Shown here one piece after another: positions 38,328 through 52,325 of a stretch of 64,000 nucleotides of DNA. The stretch is taken from assembly GCF_006345805.1 (NCBI RefSeq), contig NC_043009.1:57970001-58034000 (forward strand), given 5' to 3'. Position numbers and translations under genes: made by a program. Source of the stretch: Octopus sinensis. Lineage: Eukaryota. The notes under the pieces were generated by a model. That model was not told where the DNA came from and searched no databases. It saw nothing but the letters and a program-made list of their open reading frames with translations. Each line of letters starts with the position of its first letter. The first letter of the stretch is position 1.

Positions 38328-38597
38328 CTGGGTTGTTACTTCTTCGGATAGAATGCATTGCATTGTTTCTTCCTTCTAGGTTGTACTGAGTAACTTCAAA
38401 TGCAAAATGATTCAAATGGACCTTCTAAAATGTTGCCTTTCCATAAATATATTACGAATGGAGTGTTAGGTTCGATTCAGAGAAATCCGCTGTATTCAAA
38501 CTTAATGTGTGATGTGATTCACATATTTACGTATCTCAGATGACGATGAGTTTCAAAAGAGTTTATACGCCTCTCCATTCGCCTATCTATCTATCTG

Positions 38598-38687
<90 letters not shown>

Positions 38688-38799
38688 CATTATCTATATA
38701 TATATATATGTATAAACGTACTTGGAAATGGAGGCATGTCCTTCAATAAAATAGCATTATAAATGATATATATAATATAATATATAATATATATTTTTA

Positions 38800-40267
38800 T
38801 AATAATAAGGGAATATCAATTCCAGCGTCACAGGGATGAGATATTCAAGTTAAGAATATTAAGTTGAAAAATTCTCAATAAATAAATACAAAAGTAACAA
38901 AATATCATTAGAGACAAAAATCCACATAAATTCATCAAATCAGAATATAAATTCAACCATGCCATAGAATACTAAATATAATACTTACTATTTGTGTTCA
39001 AAGTTGTCGACTACGCGCGTTTCATGATGTTGCATACTATGTTCTTGAGACACCCAGTCTCTTACAGAACCTCCCGTTATATACAACCCCAATCTTCAGG
39101 TCCACATATCCTCCATTAATAATTTCATCTATCATTATATATTTCAACTTACCGGTATATCAAACTATACAGATGTATAAATAAATTTCTGGTATGTCAA
39201 ACCATATAGATGTGTAAATAAATTAATTAAAACCCTGCAGTTTAAGCCATAATTAATTTAAGAATCAAATTGAATTACGCCTAAAAAAATTACATATTAA
39301 TGAAAAATATATACGAATGAGAAAATATACACGAATGCGGAAAAAGTATATACTAATGATAAGAAAATATAAATTATAAGAATGAAAAAATTAAAAAGAT
39401 ATATAATAATATATATACATATAATAAATATTAGGGAATAAATCCAAATTTACAGGGAAAAATCAGATTTAGGATTGAATCCAATTTTATAGTAAAATAT
39501 TATATTATATTATATTAGAGACAAAACCACTATTATGCAAATCAAACAAAGAAAGACTTAAGCCAATACATAAATAATTTATTAAATTAAAATTTAACAA
39601 TTATAATTATAAATAACCACATTAATTTATATAAATTATTTTATGTATTGGCTTAAGTCTTTCTTTGTTTGATTTGCATAATAGTGGTTTTGTCTCTAAT
39701 ATAATATAATATATATATATATATACATATCCAAATGAAGAGGATGAATAAGAAACGAATGGAAACTAATACGTATGCCAAAAATTCAGGTGAATGTTAC
39801 GTGTAAAATACGATTGAAGATATGAAAAGATATGAAAAAATATATGGAGAAAATATAAAGAGAAAAATATTTAAAAATGAATAAATGTAAAAATATATAT
39901 GAAGGAATTAATTTATAATTTAATATAATTAGAATTAATATAATAAACTTCATTTAAACTGTAATAGTTAGAATGTAAAAGAAATATATTTTCCATCTAC
40001 CCCTGGGCATCATGGCGCTAAATTGAGCAAGTTCCAATTTATACTGCAAGGCTCTGTGAAAGAATTTATACACATACGTACTGTTTCATTTAAACTATTA
40101 CATTATCCGCATATTATTGAGAGTATGACAGGAAATAAATGCATCATGGGAACAATTCATCCTTTCTTTAATTTTTATTCACATTTAATTCTTAAATTAA
40201 TTATGGCTCAAACTGCAGGGTTCAATGAATTTATATACACATCTATATGGTTTGATATACCATAAAT

Positions 40268-40271
<4 letters not shown>
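38800..40271. mobile_element. Cluster of PLE-like terminal fragments in inverted orientations
   Basis: Hammerhead motif at 39005-39106 (-); 73-bp perfect IR at 39502-39574 and 39640-39712; ~90-bp IR at 39181-39270 and 40183-40271; ORF 40023-40265 ends ILKLIMAQTAGFN (GIY-YIG C-terminus-like). Confidence 0.55.
39005..39106 (-). ncRNA. Candidate type-I hammerhead ribozyme with an extended, branched stem II
   Basis: UGUGGAC-CUGAAGA-[69 nt]-GAAA-C-GCGC-G-UA^GUCGACA; stem I 6/7 pairs. Confidence 0.6.
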
Positions 40272-40308
<37 letters not shown>

Positions 40309-40399
40309 TTGTAAACACACACAAAAACGCAGACATATATTATATATATATTATTTACAATATATACAATCGCAATTATAATCAAAGTAAGTTTGGGCA

Positions 40400-40954
40400 C
40401 AGGGCCAGCAATGTTATGGAAGAGATAAGTCGTTGATATCGACCACAGTATTCAACTGATACTTATGGATGATATCGATCCGGAAGGGATGAAAAGCATA
40501 AACAATCCCGGCAGAATTTGAACATATACATAAAGACGGACGTGTAGTGGAAATATATTCTTTTCTACTCTAAGCACAAGGCCCGAAATATGGTAGGAGG
40601 GGCCAGTCGATTACATCGGCTCCAGTATGCAACTTGAATTCAATTTATCGACTCGGAAAGGATGAAAGGCAAAGTCGGCGTCGGCGGAATTTGAACTCAG
40701 AACGTAAAGACATACGAAATACCTATTTTTTGCTACCCACAAGGGGCTAAACACAAAGAGGACAAACAATGACAGTCAAACGGATTAAGTCGATTACATC
40801 GACCCCAGTGCGTAACTGGTTCTTAATTTATCGACCCCAAAAGGATGAAAGGCAAAGTCAACCTCGACGGAATTTGAACTCAGATCGTAACGGCAGACGA
40901 AATACTGCTAAGTATTTCGCCCGGCGTGCTAACGATTCTGCCAGCTTGCCGCCT
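40400..40954 (-). mobile_element. SINE multimer (abundant family)
   Basis: Head at 40954, second unit joined at 40720, decayed third unit. Confidence 0.85.
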
Positions 40955-42202
40955 TATAGTGGAAATATATTCATTCAAATGAGCTTTTACGCAGGAACCA
41001 ACTTAGTATGAACCACTTTAGATACGTCAAAATTGTCTCACTATATATTTTCCAGTGCAACATGCTCTAGGCTTTGTGGCTACCTATATCCATATTATCG
41101 TTTTTGATTAATCAACTTCAAAATTAGTGATTTGTACTATCTTGTAAGTACGTATTTTCATATGTGTGAAATGGTTGTGTCTGCATGTGTGTATGTCATG
41201 TCTACCTCTGTGTATCTGTACGCAGATATGTATGAATGTATGAGAAGATACTTGCTAATACTCGCAAATGAATGTATGGAAGTTAGTACTGAAGCACTTG
41301 GGATTGCTCATAATATGTATGTAGCTGATACCATATCAGAGTCCTTGAAAATACTCTGCTATTCCTGAAAACAAGCAGAGCGTGAAATACCAGCAACTCA
41401 TGCACACTTGTATGTCTGTGATCTTCCTTTTAAACCTTATATCCTCCTCTTCCTACTGACCTTATGTCTATTCATGCTTTATTTATTTATTTATTTATGT
41501 TTATTGTTATATAATTATTAATCGCCTAAATTAACACTAGACTGGTCAACCTATCTCTCTTTGGAAATTATCTCTACCTTATTTCCTTTATCTTCCTTCG
41601 ACACCAGATTCTTCCCACCCCCAAATATTACTTAATATTTTTCTGATTATTTGGCATTTGGCTTTATGTTTTCTTTCCCAGTATATTTATTTATTTATTT
41701 TACTGGATTAAGCTATTGTTTTTACCTGTAAAATTGAAACTAGCAATTGCAAATGTAACGTATCTATGCAGCCTCAAAAGCGAGTGCGATACTAATAGCA
41801 ACCTGTGCACTTGGTGCCATTTCAAAGAGAAGAATATTCTGGTAAAAATTGCTGAAAATACAAAGCTTCATAGGGAGTTCACAGTTGGCACCAATGTATA
41901 GAACAATACATGTGTTGAGATGAGTATTGTGTCTCTAAGCTGCGGGAAGGAAATGAGACATGACATAGATAACTCAGAGAAAAGAAAAAAGGATGGTGAC
42001 AGTAATAATAATGACTTCAAATTTTGACAGAAAGCTAGCAGTTTAGGAGATGGGGTAAGTTGATTACATCGATTTTAGTATTGAGAAGAGTAGGATGGAA
42101 TTTGAACAAAGAACATGGAGACATACTTAATGCTGCCACTCATTTTACCCGGCGTGCTAATGATTCCGACAGCTCGGCGCCTTAATGATGATGATGATGA
42201 TG

Positions 42203-42247
<45 letters not shown>

Positions 42248-42334
42248 GTAATAATAATAACAAAAACAACAATAAAAATAAAAATAAAAATAATAATAAT
42301 ATATAATAATATGATAATGATAATAATAATAATA

Positions 42335-42380
<46 letters not shown>

Positions 42381-42524
42381 CGATAATAATAATAACATTA
42401 ATAATAATTTGCTTCCATTTCTTGCCGAGTGCCTTCTAGGAGTCGGGAAGACACTCGGCAAGAAATGGAAGCAAATTTGAAAGAAGAAAAAAAAAAGTAA
42501 TAATAATAATAATAATAATAATAA

Positions 42525-42568
<44 letters not shown>

Positions 42569-42611
42569 TAGTAGTAGTAGTAGTAGTAGTAGTACGTTGC
42601 TTTGTCATGTT

Positions 42612-42933
42612 ATAAAAGATGGGCTACAGCAAATATTCTTCTCAATACCACAGATTTGCTTGTCAGTTGTTTGACCATAACCAGTTGAGCATGTCCCTCG
42701 GCGGTTGACGATATGTGCATCTCTGATTATGAGCAGAAGTAGTGGGATGGGCTATTCGACCAAAAGAAAATTCTAACTGGGGCCCCACCTGCAAGGTCAT
42801 GCACTGTTTGTCTTGATATAAGATCACCATCTAGTGCATCTATCGTTGTGATGCAAGTCTGGTGTACCCTTATCAGACGGGTAGTCATGATGGGTATACT
42901 GGGCTTCGTATATTTTACCCCAGTGTCACTCAA
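42612..42933 (+). mobile_element. LINE-3'-end-like repeat followed by an (AAT)n tail
   Basis: Homology to 29588-29822; runs into (AAT)n at 42934-43033. Confidence 0.6.
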
Positions 42934-42935
42934 TG

Positions 42936-42966
<31 letters not shown>

Positions 42967-42967
42967 C

Positions 42968-43034
<67 letters not shown>

Positions 43035-43057
43035 TGATAATAATAAAAATAAAATCT

Positions 43058-43201
43058 CCGGCTGACAACAAGGTATGCGATAAGAAAGTCGAGAGATATG
43101 ACAGGTTAGCTTGGGAAGTTAACTAGTTATGGTCGATGAAAAAGGTAGAAGTACTAACAATAATTGTCGGTGCCCTGGGAACAGTGAGCAAGAATCTAGA
43201 T
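43058..43201 (+). mobile_element. Fourth Dong-type endonuclease fragment
   Basis: PADNKVCDKKVERYDRLAWEVN*LWSMKKVEVLTIIVGALGTVSKNLD, compare VPADDNVSLKEMEKLSKYKDLEIEVTRMW..IIVGALG in the 2277 element. Confidence 0.75.
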
Positions 43202-43220
43202 ATTTCTTCTTCTTCTTCTT

Positions 43221-43317
<97 letters not shown>

Positions 43318-43720
43318 CATCATTATTATTATTATTATTGTTGTTGTTGTTGTTGTTGTTTTTGTAATTATTTTGTTGTTGTTGTTATTACTATTATTAT
43401 TATTATTATTATTACCATTATTGTTGTTGTTGTATGCAAATATGCCCGCCACATCGCGTTAGCCTTGGTTACTCTGACATACCATAATAGAACAGAGTGA
43501 ATGTTATATTTCTCAAAAATACTCCGTTTTTAAAACTATAAATTTTCTGCCAAAATCATTCTGACGTAGCTTAATAAAAGGTAAATACGTTACACTAAGT
43601 TTCAACAATAAGCCCCTTTTCTCTAATACCAAGAAATGGGTATAACATCGATTTTTATATTTCCTCTCTAAAATATTTGAAGGATCGTTGTTCTGGTCTT
43701 TCAATATTTCATATGTAAAA

Positions 43721-43977
43721 GGCGGCGAGCTGGCAGAAACGTTAGCACGCCGGGCGAAATGCGTGGCCGTATTTTGTCTGCCGTTACGTTCTGAGTTCAA
43801 ATTCCGCCGAGGTCGACTTTGCCTTTCAGCCCTTCGGGGTCGATTAAATAAGTACCAGTTACGCACTGGGGTCGTTATAATCGACTTAATCCGCTTGTCT
43901 GTACTTGTTTGTCCTCTCTGTGTTTAGCCCCTTGTGGGAAGTAAAGAAATAGGTATTTCGTCTGTCGCTACGTTCTT
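43721..43977 (+). mobile_element. Full SINE (abundant family) plus the start of a second unit
   Basis: High identity to the copies at 13048 and 32834. Confidence 0.9.
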
Positions 43978-44095
43978 ACCACGCAACGACTAATTGAAAA
44001 TTTTTAATTTAAAGATTTTCTTCAATATTCTGATTGTCCAGAATACTTTGCAAAAACCTTACAAACATATACATGCATACACACACACACACATC

Positions 44096-44190
<95 letters not shown>

Positions 44191-44380
44191 ATATATTTGT
44201 GTGTGTGGGTGCTTGTGTGTGTATTTGTGTGTTTATATATATGTATACACCTTACCGACGCTTTTAATTGAATATATACCCAGACCAAATACTCATATAG
44301 ACAAACGCATACATACATACGCACACACACATATATGCGCCTGTGTATATATACGTCTGTGTGTATACATACATACATAC

Positions 44381-44420
<40 letters not shown>

Positions 44421-44428
44421 ATCGTCGT

Positions 44429-44806
44429 GGCACTCCGTCGGTTACAACGACGAGGGTTCCGGTTGATCCGATCAACGGAGCAGCCTGCTCGTGAAATTAA
44501 CGTGCAAGTGGCTGAGTACTCCACAGTCACGTGTAGCCTTAGCGTAGTTCTTGAGGTGATTCAGCGTGACACAGAGTTTGCCGAGCCTGGCCCTTTGAAA
44601 TACATGTACAACAGAAACAGGAATAAAGAGCGAGAGAAAGTTGTTGTGAAAGAATACAGCAGGGTTCGCAACCCCACGCCCCTGTCGGAGCCTCGTCGAA
44701 CATTTAGGTGTTTTCGCTCAATAAACTCTCTCGACGCCCGGTCTGGGAATCGAAACCGCGATTCCTATGACCGCGTCCGCTGCCCTAACCACTGGAACAT
44801 TGCCCC
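44429..44806 (-). mobile_element. tRNA-headed SINE, tail type a
   Basis: Reverse complement of the copy at 55576-55953. Confidence 0.88.
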
Positions 44807-45369
44807 TTATATATATATATATATATACATGTATATACACACATATGTGCGTATGTATATAAAGGCGCATCCTCACATACATATTTATTTATAGCAGCAC
44901 TATCATACAAATATGCGGGCAAACGCACATATACGTACACACAGAGACCTACGTACACTGACACCTTTTTAGAGATACTCACACACGCACACACACAAAC
45001 GCACACACACACAAACACACACACACATTAACCTACTAATTTTAGTTGTAATGTTTTTAACTGCCAACATTCCTGTCATCGCCTCACCCCACGATATACA
45101 CTGCATGATGTTTGCAATGAAAACCAGATGATAGAGTCTCCATGAATATGTTACTGGGAAGCTGTAAGCAAATCGGAGCTGACATTGCTATTATCCTTGC
45201 TATAGTACCTCGTTCCTTTTCAACTCACCAATCCCTAGTGTCTCGTTTACTCGTCTTGGGGCCCTTCGTAAACGTGGGGGGAGGATGGAGGTTCGCGATT
45301 CGGGATTGCTGGATTTGATGAGATTTGATGGGGTGGAGACGGGCGTGGTCGTCACAGTGAAAGTAATTT

Positions 45370-45370
45370 C

Positions 45371-45413
<43 letters not shown>

Positions 45414-45830
45414 GTGGTGGCGGTGGTGGTGGTTGTGGTGGTAGTGACGATGACGATGATGATGTTGATGATGGTGATGACGACGACGACGACGTTGATG
45501 ATGATGATGATGATGATGATGATTGTGACGATGATGATGATGATGATGATGATAGTGATTATGATGATTGTGATGATGATTGTGATGATGATGATGAGGA
45601 TTGTGACGATGATGATGATGATGATGATGATAGTGATTATGATGATTGTGATGATGATTGTGATGATGATGATGATGAGGATTGTGACGATGATGAAGAT
45701 GATAGTGATTATGATGATTGTGATGATGAGGATGAGGATTGTGACGATGATGATGATAGTGATTATGATGATTGTGATGATGATGCTGGTGATGATGGTA
45801 GTAATGGTGATGACGTTGATGATGAGTGTT
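45370..45830. repeat. (GAT)n-derived tract with higher-order repeat units
   Basis: gatagtgattatgatgattgtgatgat recurs four times between 45548 and 45780. Confidence 0.9.
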
Positions 45831-45895
45831 ACGACGGCAAATGTTTCCGCCGATTCGAACAACAGAACAGCACAAATCGTCTAATTTTGCGTGCA

Positions 45896-45995
45896 NNNNN
45901 NNNNNNNNNNNNNNNNNNNNNNNNNNNNNNNNNNNNNNNNNNNNNNNNNNNNNNNNNNNNNNNNNNNNNNNNNNNNNNNNNNNNNNNNNNNNNNN
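45896..45995. other. Assembly gap (100 N)
   Basis: Direct reading. Confidence 1.
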
Positions 45996-46651
45996 TTCCG
46001 CCCAATAGTTTGTAAAGGAAAACAAGATACTCCGACACAACAAGTTCACATTAAAACGTTCACATTAAAATTTCAAATTAGATTTTAAGTAAAATAAAAA
46101 AAAAAACAAAAAAAACAATAATAATAATAAAAAAATATTACAAAATATAACAAAAACACATTCAGAAGCAAACATGCAAATAAAACCAACGAACGATTGA
46201 ATACAAAGAAACCAAGGTAAACACAGAAACCAAAATCACAATAACAAAACAATCAACGTTCAAATTTGAGAGAAATTTAATTTAAAGGGCAGAAATAAAT
46301 AAATAAATAAAGAAAGAAAGAAAGAAACAGAACAAAGTAGAAATGGAATAAATAGAAGCAATATAACATATCACATAACAAAATGGCGGATGTCACGCGA
46401 CTTCGACCACAACAGAGTTTTGAATGCCAACAATTTGAACTGTTTGTATAGTCTAAACGGCAGAATGGCTAAAGTCAACAATCACAGGCGCATACGTAGG
46501 TGTGTGATTAGAAGATTATATTTCTCATAAATACACTCTTGCCTGTTCAATCCCACAGCGTGGGGAAAATAGGTCTCGACGATTCGTTTCGTGTTTTGTG
46601 ACTTCTATTTGTTGAACTAAAAATCAGGGAATCTATATATATATATTCTGC

Positions 46652-46900
46652 CCGGCGCGTGGCTTAGTGGTTAGGGCATTCGGCTCACGCTTGAGTTCGA
46701 TTCCCGGCGACGCGTTGTGTCCTTCAGCAAGATACTTTATTTCACGTTGCTCCAGTTCATTCAGCTGGCAAAAATGATTTGTACCTGTATTTCAAAGGGC
46801 CAGCCTTGTCACGCTGAATCGCCCTGAGAACTATGTTAGGGGTACGCGTGTCTGTGGATTGATCAGTCACTTTCACGTTAATTTCATGAGCAGGATGTTC
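46652..46900 (+). mobile_element. SINE with tRNA head, CORE-like block and tail type a
   Basis: tggcttagtggtt A box, gagttcgattccc B box, ttgtgtccttcagcaagatacttt; tail gtacctgtatttcaaagggcc...cacgttaatttca shared with 55576. Confidence 0.8.
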
Positions 46901-46921
46901 CCACGGAGTCCTTTCCATTCC

Positions 46922-47000
<79 letters not shown>

Positions 47001-47003
47001 CAT

Positions 47004-47287
47004 GGGGCACTTGGCCTAGTGGTTAGAACAGCGGACTCGCGGTCGAGGGTATCGCGATTCCGAATCTCAGACCAGCCGATGTGTGTTTATGAGCGAAAAA
47101 CCTAAGCCCCAGGCGGCTCCGGCAGAAGGTAATGGCGAACTTCTGCAGACTCTTTCGCCACAACTTTCACTCTTTTCCTCCTGCATCTTGCAGCTCACCG
47201 GCATCCCGTCCAGGTTGGGAACCTATACGCCAAGGAAACCGGGAAACCGGCCCTTATGAGCCAGGCGTGGCTCGAGAAGGAACAAAC
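47004..47287 (+). mobile_element. tRNA-headed SINE, tail type b
   Basis: Head as at 55576; tail ...gaaaccggcccttatgagcc...ctcgagaaggaacaaac. Confidence 0.75.
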
Positions 47288-47858
47288 TATATACACATAT
47301 ATATATACCCCGGCAGAATTTGATCATAGATCTTTAAGACGATCAAAATGGCACTATGCACTTTGACCGGCGTGCAAACGATTCTACCAATTACTTATAC
47401 ATAAATAAATACATACGTAGATACATGCATACTTACATACATACGTGTGTGTGTATACGTAGAGATTTGTATGTTTTGTTTTATGTATGTTTTCTCATGT
47501 ATATAGTTGCGTATTAATACATACATACTACTATATATAATATATATATATATATATATAATATATTTAAATGATATCTTGTGGAATGTGTTACAAATTT
47601 TTACTGTTCCAGTGATTGATTGGATCTGTAGTCTTCGAATCAGCTTTCTCCTGTCTGGCTTTGAGAACCCAGTGCCCCAATAATTACAGGTATAAACCTG
47701 AATTTGCAATCTAGATAGAGTAATTGCAGACTGCATGTATGTATGGTTGCAGGTATGTATGTATGCATGTAAGTATGCATGCATGTATGTATATATATAT
47801 ATATATAATAATATATATTATGTATGTATATATGTATGTATATATGTATGTATGTATG

Positions 47859-47917
<59 letters not shown>

Positions 47918-48618
47918 GTCTGTCTGTCTGTCTGTCTGCCTGTCTGTCTGTCTGTCTATATTTATATGTATATAATCTCTACTCTGGATTTATATTTGCT
48001 CCATTACATCGTCTCAATTAAACTATATATTTGTGGGCGTGTGTGAGCGTGTGTGTTTGTGTGTGTGTGCCTGTGTGTGTGTGTGTGTGTGTGTGTGTCT
48101 GTCTGTGTGCATGTGTGTGTATGTGTGTATGTGCTTGATTATGAAGTGATTTATATTCATGTATGTATTCTTGTATACAGAAGGGAAAAGGAACACAAAT
48201 GTACATTTGATTAAAAATAACGAGTTACATGGAAATTCCATTTTCGCTTAGATTTCATTAATAAGTAAAAGAAATTTGTCTGTTGGAAACTTGTATGTAA
48301 AGACGTTGTTGCCTATAAACTACGCCAAAGTACCAAGTCAATAAGTGTTCGTGTTATAACAGAACATACGGTCACGAGTTCTAAACGGTTGCTTTTTTAG
48401 CTGGTGTTGCGCATTCTATTAATGTTGCTTTTTCACTCTAGATCAACCATAATCGATCAGACAAATTATATTCAAATTATATTGCCAACATACTTTATTG
48501 CGGCCATGCAGTTCTCAGACAGTTTAGCAAGAAAAAATTAGAGAGAGTTCGCTATTATTTCCAGCAACTTAATTAACCACATATAGGTTTATTTGTTGAA
48601 TGCTTTCAGATTGCTTTC

Positions 48619-48873
48619 TGGCAGAACCGTTAGCACGCCGGACGAAATCCTTAGCGGCATTTCGCCCGTCTCCACGTTCTGAGTTCAAATTCCGCCGATA
48701 TCGGCTTTGCCATTCATCATTTCTGAGAAGATAAGTACCAGTTACACACTGGGGTCGACTCTCCCATTGATCCGTTCGGGGTCAATGAAGTAAGTACCAG
48801 TTAAGCACTGGGGTCGATGCAATCGACTAGGCGCCTCCCTCTACTTTAGGCCTTGTGCTTATAGTAGAAAGCT
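48619..48873 (+). mobile_element. SINE (abundant family) with an internal partial duplication
   Basis: taagtaccagtta..cactggggtcga occurs twice. Confidence 0.8.
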
Positions 48874-48957
48874 TCCTATATATTGTGGGTGTCTGTGTTT
48901 CTATCAGTCTGCCTCTCTCTCTTTTTAACCTCTCTCTCCTTCTCTCCCTATATATAT

Positions 48958-49000
<43 letters not shown>

Positions 49001-49048
49001 CATCTAGTAGGAGATCTAGTCCCGCTATAGATGGTCTAGTCCGAATAT

Positions 49049-49359
49049 CCCCGTGATCACCGTGATCGACCAGGCTATCAGATGTTGCTACACATCGCTG
49101 GTCACAATGCGCTTCACATTGTTTTAGCCGTCAAATGACGCCACCCCGCTGGCTAAGCGAGCCGGCCAACAGAAGAAAGAGTGAGAGAAAGTTGTAGCGA
49201 AAGAGTACAGGAGGGGTCACCACCATCCCCCGCCGGAGCCTCGTCGAGCCTTGGGTGTCTTCGCTCAATAAACACTCACAACGCCTGGTCTGGGAATCCA
49301 AACCGCGATCCTATGACCGCGTGTCCGCTACCCTAACCACTGGGCCATTGCACCTCCAC
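49049..49359 (-). mobile_element. tRNA-headed SINE, tail type c, with 11-bp TSD
   Basis: agtccgaatat at 49038-49048 and 49360-49370; head as at 55576. Confidence 0.85.
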
Positions 49360-50310
49360 AGTCCGAATATAATACAGCTGAAATATTGGTAGGTAGATAG
49401 ATAGTAAAAAATGATAAATAGGGAAAGAGTGAGATAGTTATTGAATGAATGAAAGACGCATAGATGAAAAAAGAAGATAATAATAGTTGATGAGAAATTT
49501 ATAAATAAGTATGGAGAGAATAGGTAGAAATGGGTGTGGAAAGAAGCATGATTGTGTTATGGTATGGAAAGAAAAGAATGATGTAAAAAGGGAGAGCCAA
49601 AAGTCAAAAAAGATGGAAATTAGAATTAGTACTGATTATAGTCATGTGTGTGTGTTTTTTTTTATCAATATTTTAATCTATACTTTTCGAAGTCTCAACA
49701 TTTTTCGAGAACCTCAGATTTAGAATTTAGTTGATACATCCGGGTACGCTTGAAAATATATAAATATCAGTATATTCTCCGAAGTATGCAGATATCATTT
49801 TTGCTGTCATACCTGTATGATTTGTACCTTTCAAGTCGTCTATAAATGCCTTTAAAACGATATGTAGCTAGAAAGCTTAGTTACATATCACTTTTCGATA
49901 TATATGAATTTTGATAGGGTTTAATATTAGCGTGTCTTAAATTGCATTTTTCGCTGTGTCTGTAAATATTGCTCTATCAACTTGCTGGGATTAATTACTC
50001 AAATTATAGGTGGTAGATAATGGTTTAATGTAGCAGGATGTATTTAGTTGGTGATCGTTGGTATTTCTCCAACAACAAATTTCTTGAACTTGGTTTGCGT
50101 CACGTATCTATATTTGGGGAGCAATTGGTAATTAAATTAATGTATTGAAGTTTGTGCTTCTTACATAATTTCCTATATCAGCGTATGGCGGGAGACGAGG
50201 GTTTATCTATCAAATTAAGAAACATTCAACCAAAATTGAGTGGCAAAATTGTTTTCAACATATTAAAATATCATTTAATTCCAACTATGGATATAGGTAA
50301 TTTTAATTTA

Positions 50311-50486
50311 ATAGGCGCAGGAGTGGCTGTGGGGTAAGTAGCTTGCTTACCAACCACATGGTTCCGGGTTCAGTCCCACTGCGTGGCACATTGGGCAAGT
50401 AGCTTCTACTATAGCCTCAGGTTGACCAAATCTTTGTGAATGGATTCGGTAGACGGAAACTGAAAGAAGCCGTCGTATATATGTAA

Positions 50487-50533
<47 letters not shown>

Positions 50534-50756
50534 TGTGTGTTTGTGTGTCTGTGATTGTCCCCCCAGCATCGTTTGATGACCGATGGTGGTGTGTTTACCT
50601 CCCCGTTTTTAGCGGTTCGGCAAAAGTGACCGATATAATAAGTACTAGGCTTCCAAAGAATAAGTCCTGGGGTTGATTTGCTCGACTAAAGGCGGTGCTC
50701 CAGTATGACCGCAGTCAAATGACTGAAACAAGCAAAAGAGTAAAAGAGTAAAAGAG
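50311..50756 (+). mobile_element. Full-length long CORE-type SINE
   Basis: Colinear with the copy at 23003. Confidence 0.9.
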
Positions 50757-50855
50757 GCAGTCTTCAAATTATCTGACCCCCACCACACACATGTATATAT
50801 GTGTGTGTGTTTGCGTGTGCTTCTCTCTGTGTGTGTGTGTGTGTGTGCGTGTGTA

Positions 50856-50887
<32 letters not shown>

Positions 50888-51967
50888 TGTGCATATATAG
50901 ACTTACCCAGGTGTAACACCATAACACTGAACACAATTCTATGTAGCTCAGCACTAGTACTTCAACTACACACAATTTCATATAAAAAACAAATTACTAT
51001 GTTAAACCAGATGATTATCTCAAAACCTCCGTCGCCCTACATTAAAGCATACCCAATACACAGCTAATATAACGTTCCCAGGAAAGATCGAACTTCAAAT
51101 TGGTAACGAATAACTTCCAACTTACTAAATACACAGATCTATGTAAATACCACAAGACACTTAATCCGTTGCTCTATCGATTCTTCCGCTCCATCTGCAT
51201 TTTTTTAAACAGTAAATAATGAAATGAAACCAGTATAACACTGTAAAAACTATACTATTGATCTGCCTAGCAACTGGTAAGCTATTGGCAAGTCTGCATT
51301 CTAGATTCTTTGATCTAGGTTCATTTAATTTATCTATAAATATTCAATATTACTTATATTTTTCTACTTAATGTTAATAATGTTGTTTAATACATATTCT
51401 TGTTTATTTTGTAATTTTGTTTGTTTGTACGAGCGCAATTGTCTTTTTGTTTGTTTATTATTTATTTATTTATTCATTTATTATTTATTTAGTTAATAGT
51501 ATTGAGATCATTTCAATCATATTAATTTTAAACAAATTTATACAAAACAAAACGTACGTATGTATAACTATATGTGTATGCATATATGCAGATATGTATG
51601 CCGGTATGTATGTAAATATATACATACACACAAATACACAGAGATATAAGTACATACACACAGACACAGACATTCACATACACGCACATATATATATATA
51701 TTAATGCGTATATTTTATGGATGCATAATGCATACAAATGCATATATACATACATTATATGTATGTGCATGTCTGTATACAATTATTGCGTATATACAAT
51801 TATTTCGAAATTATCGATATTGATTATATATTTATTCTAGATGTACAATTTATATAAAACTCGCCCATACATAAATACATTTGCCCGCACACACATATAT
51901 ACACACCACACCATCATCCACACCCACACATTCACCCACTCACATATACAGACAAAACACATTCATG

Positions 51968-52001
<34 letters not shown>

Positions 52002-52179
52002 CACACACACACACATATATATATACATATATATATAAACCCAGGCATGAATATAGATATCTCTCTCACTTTATATTGCACACACACAAACACACACACA
52101 CACACAGTTGTTTCTCATTTCGTTACCGACATACGTGTCTATGTCTGCAGGCAGAAAGAAATATGATGTTCTTTGTCTG

Positions 52180-52200
52180 CGATTATTATTATTATTATTA

Positions 52201-52252
<52 letters not shown>

Positions 52253-52282
52253 TATTATTATTATTACTATTTTTATTATCAC

Positions 52283-52325
<43 letters not shown>

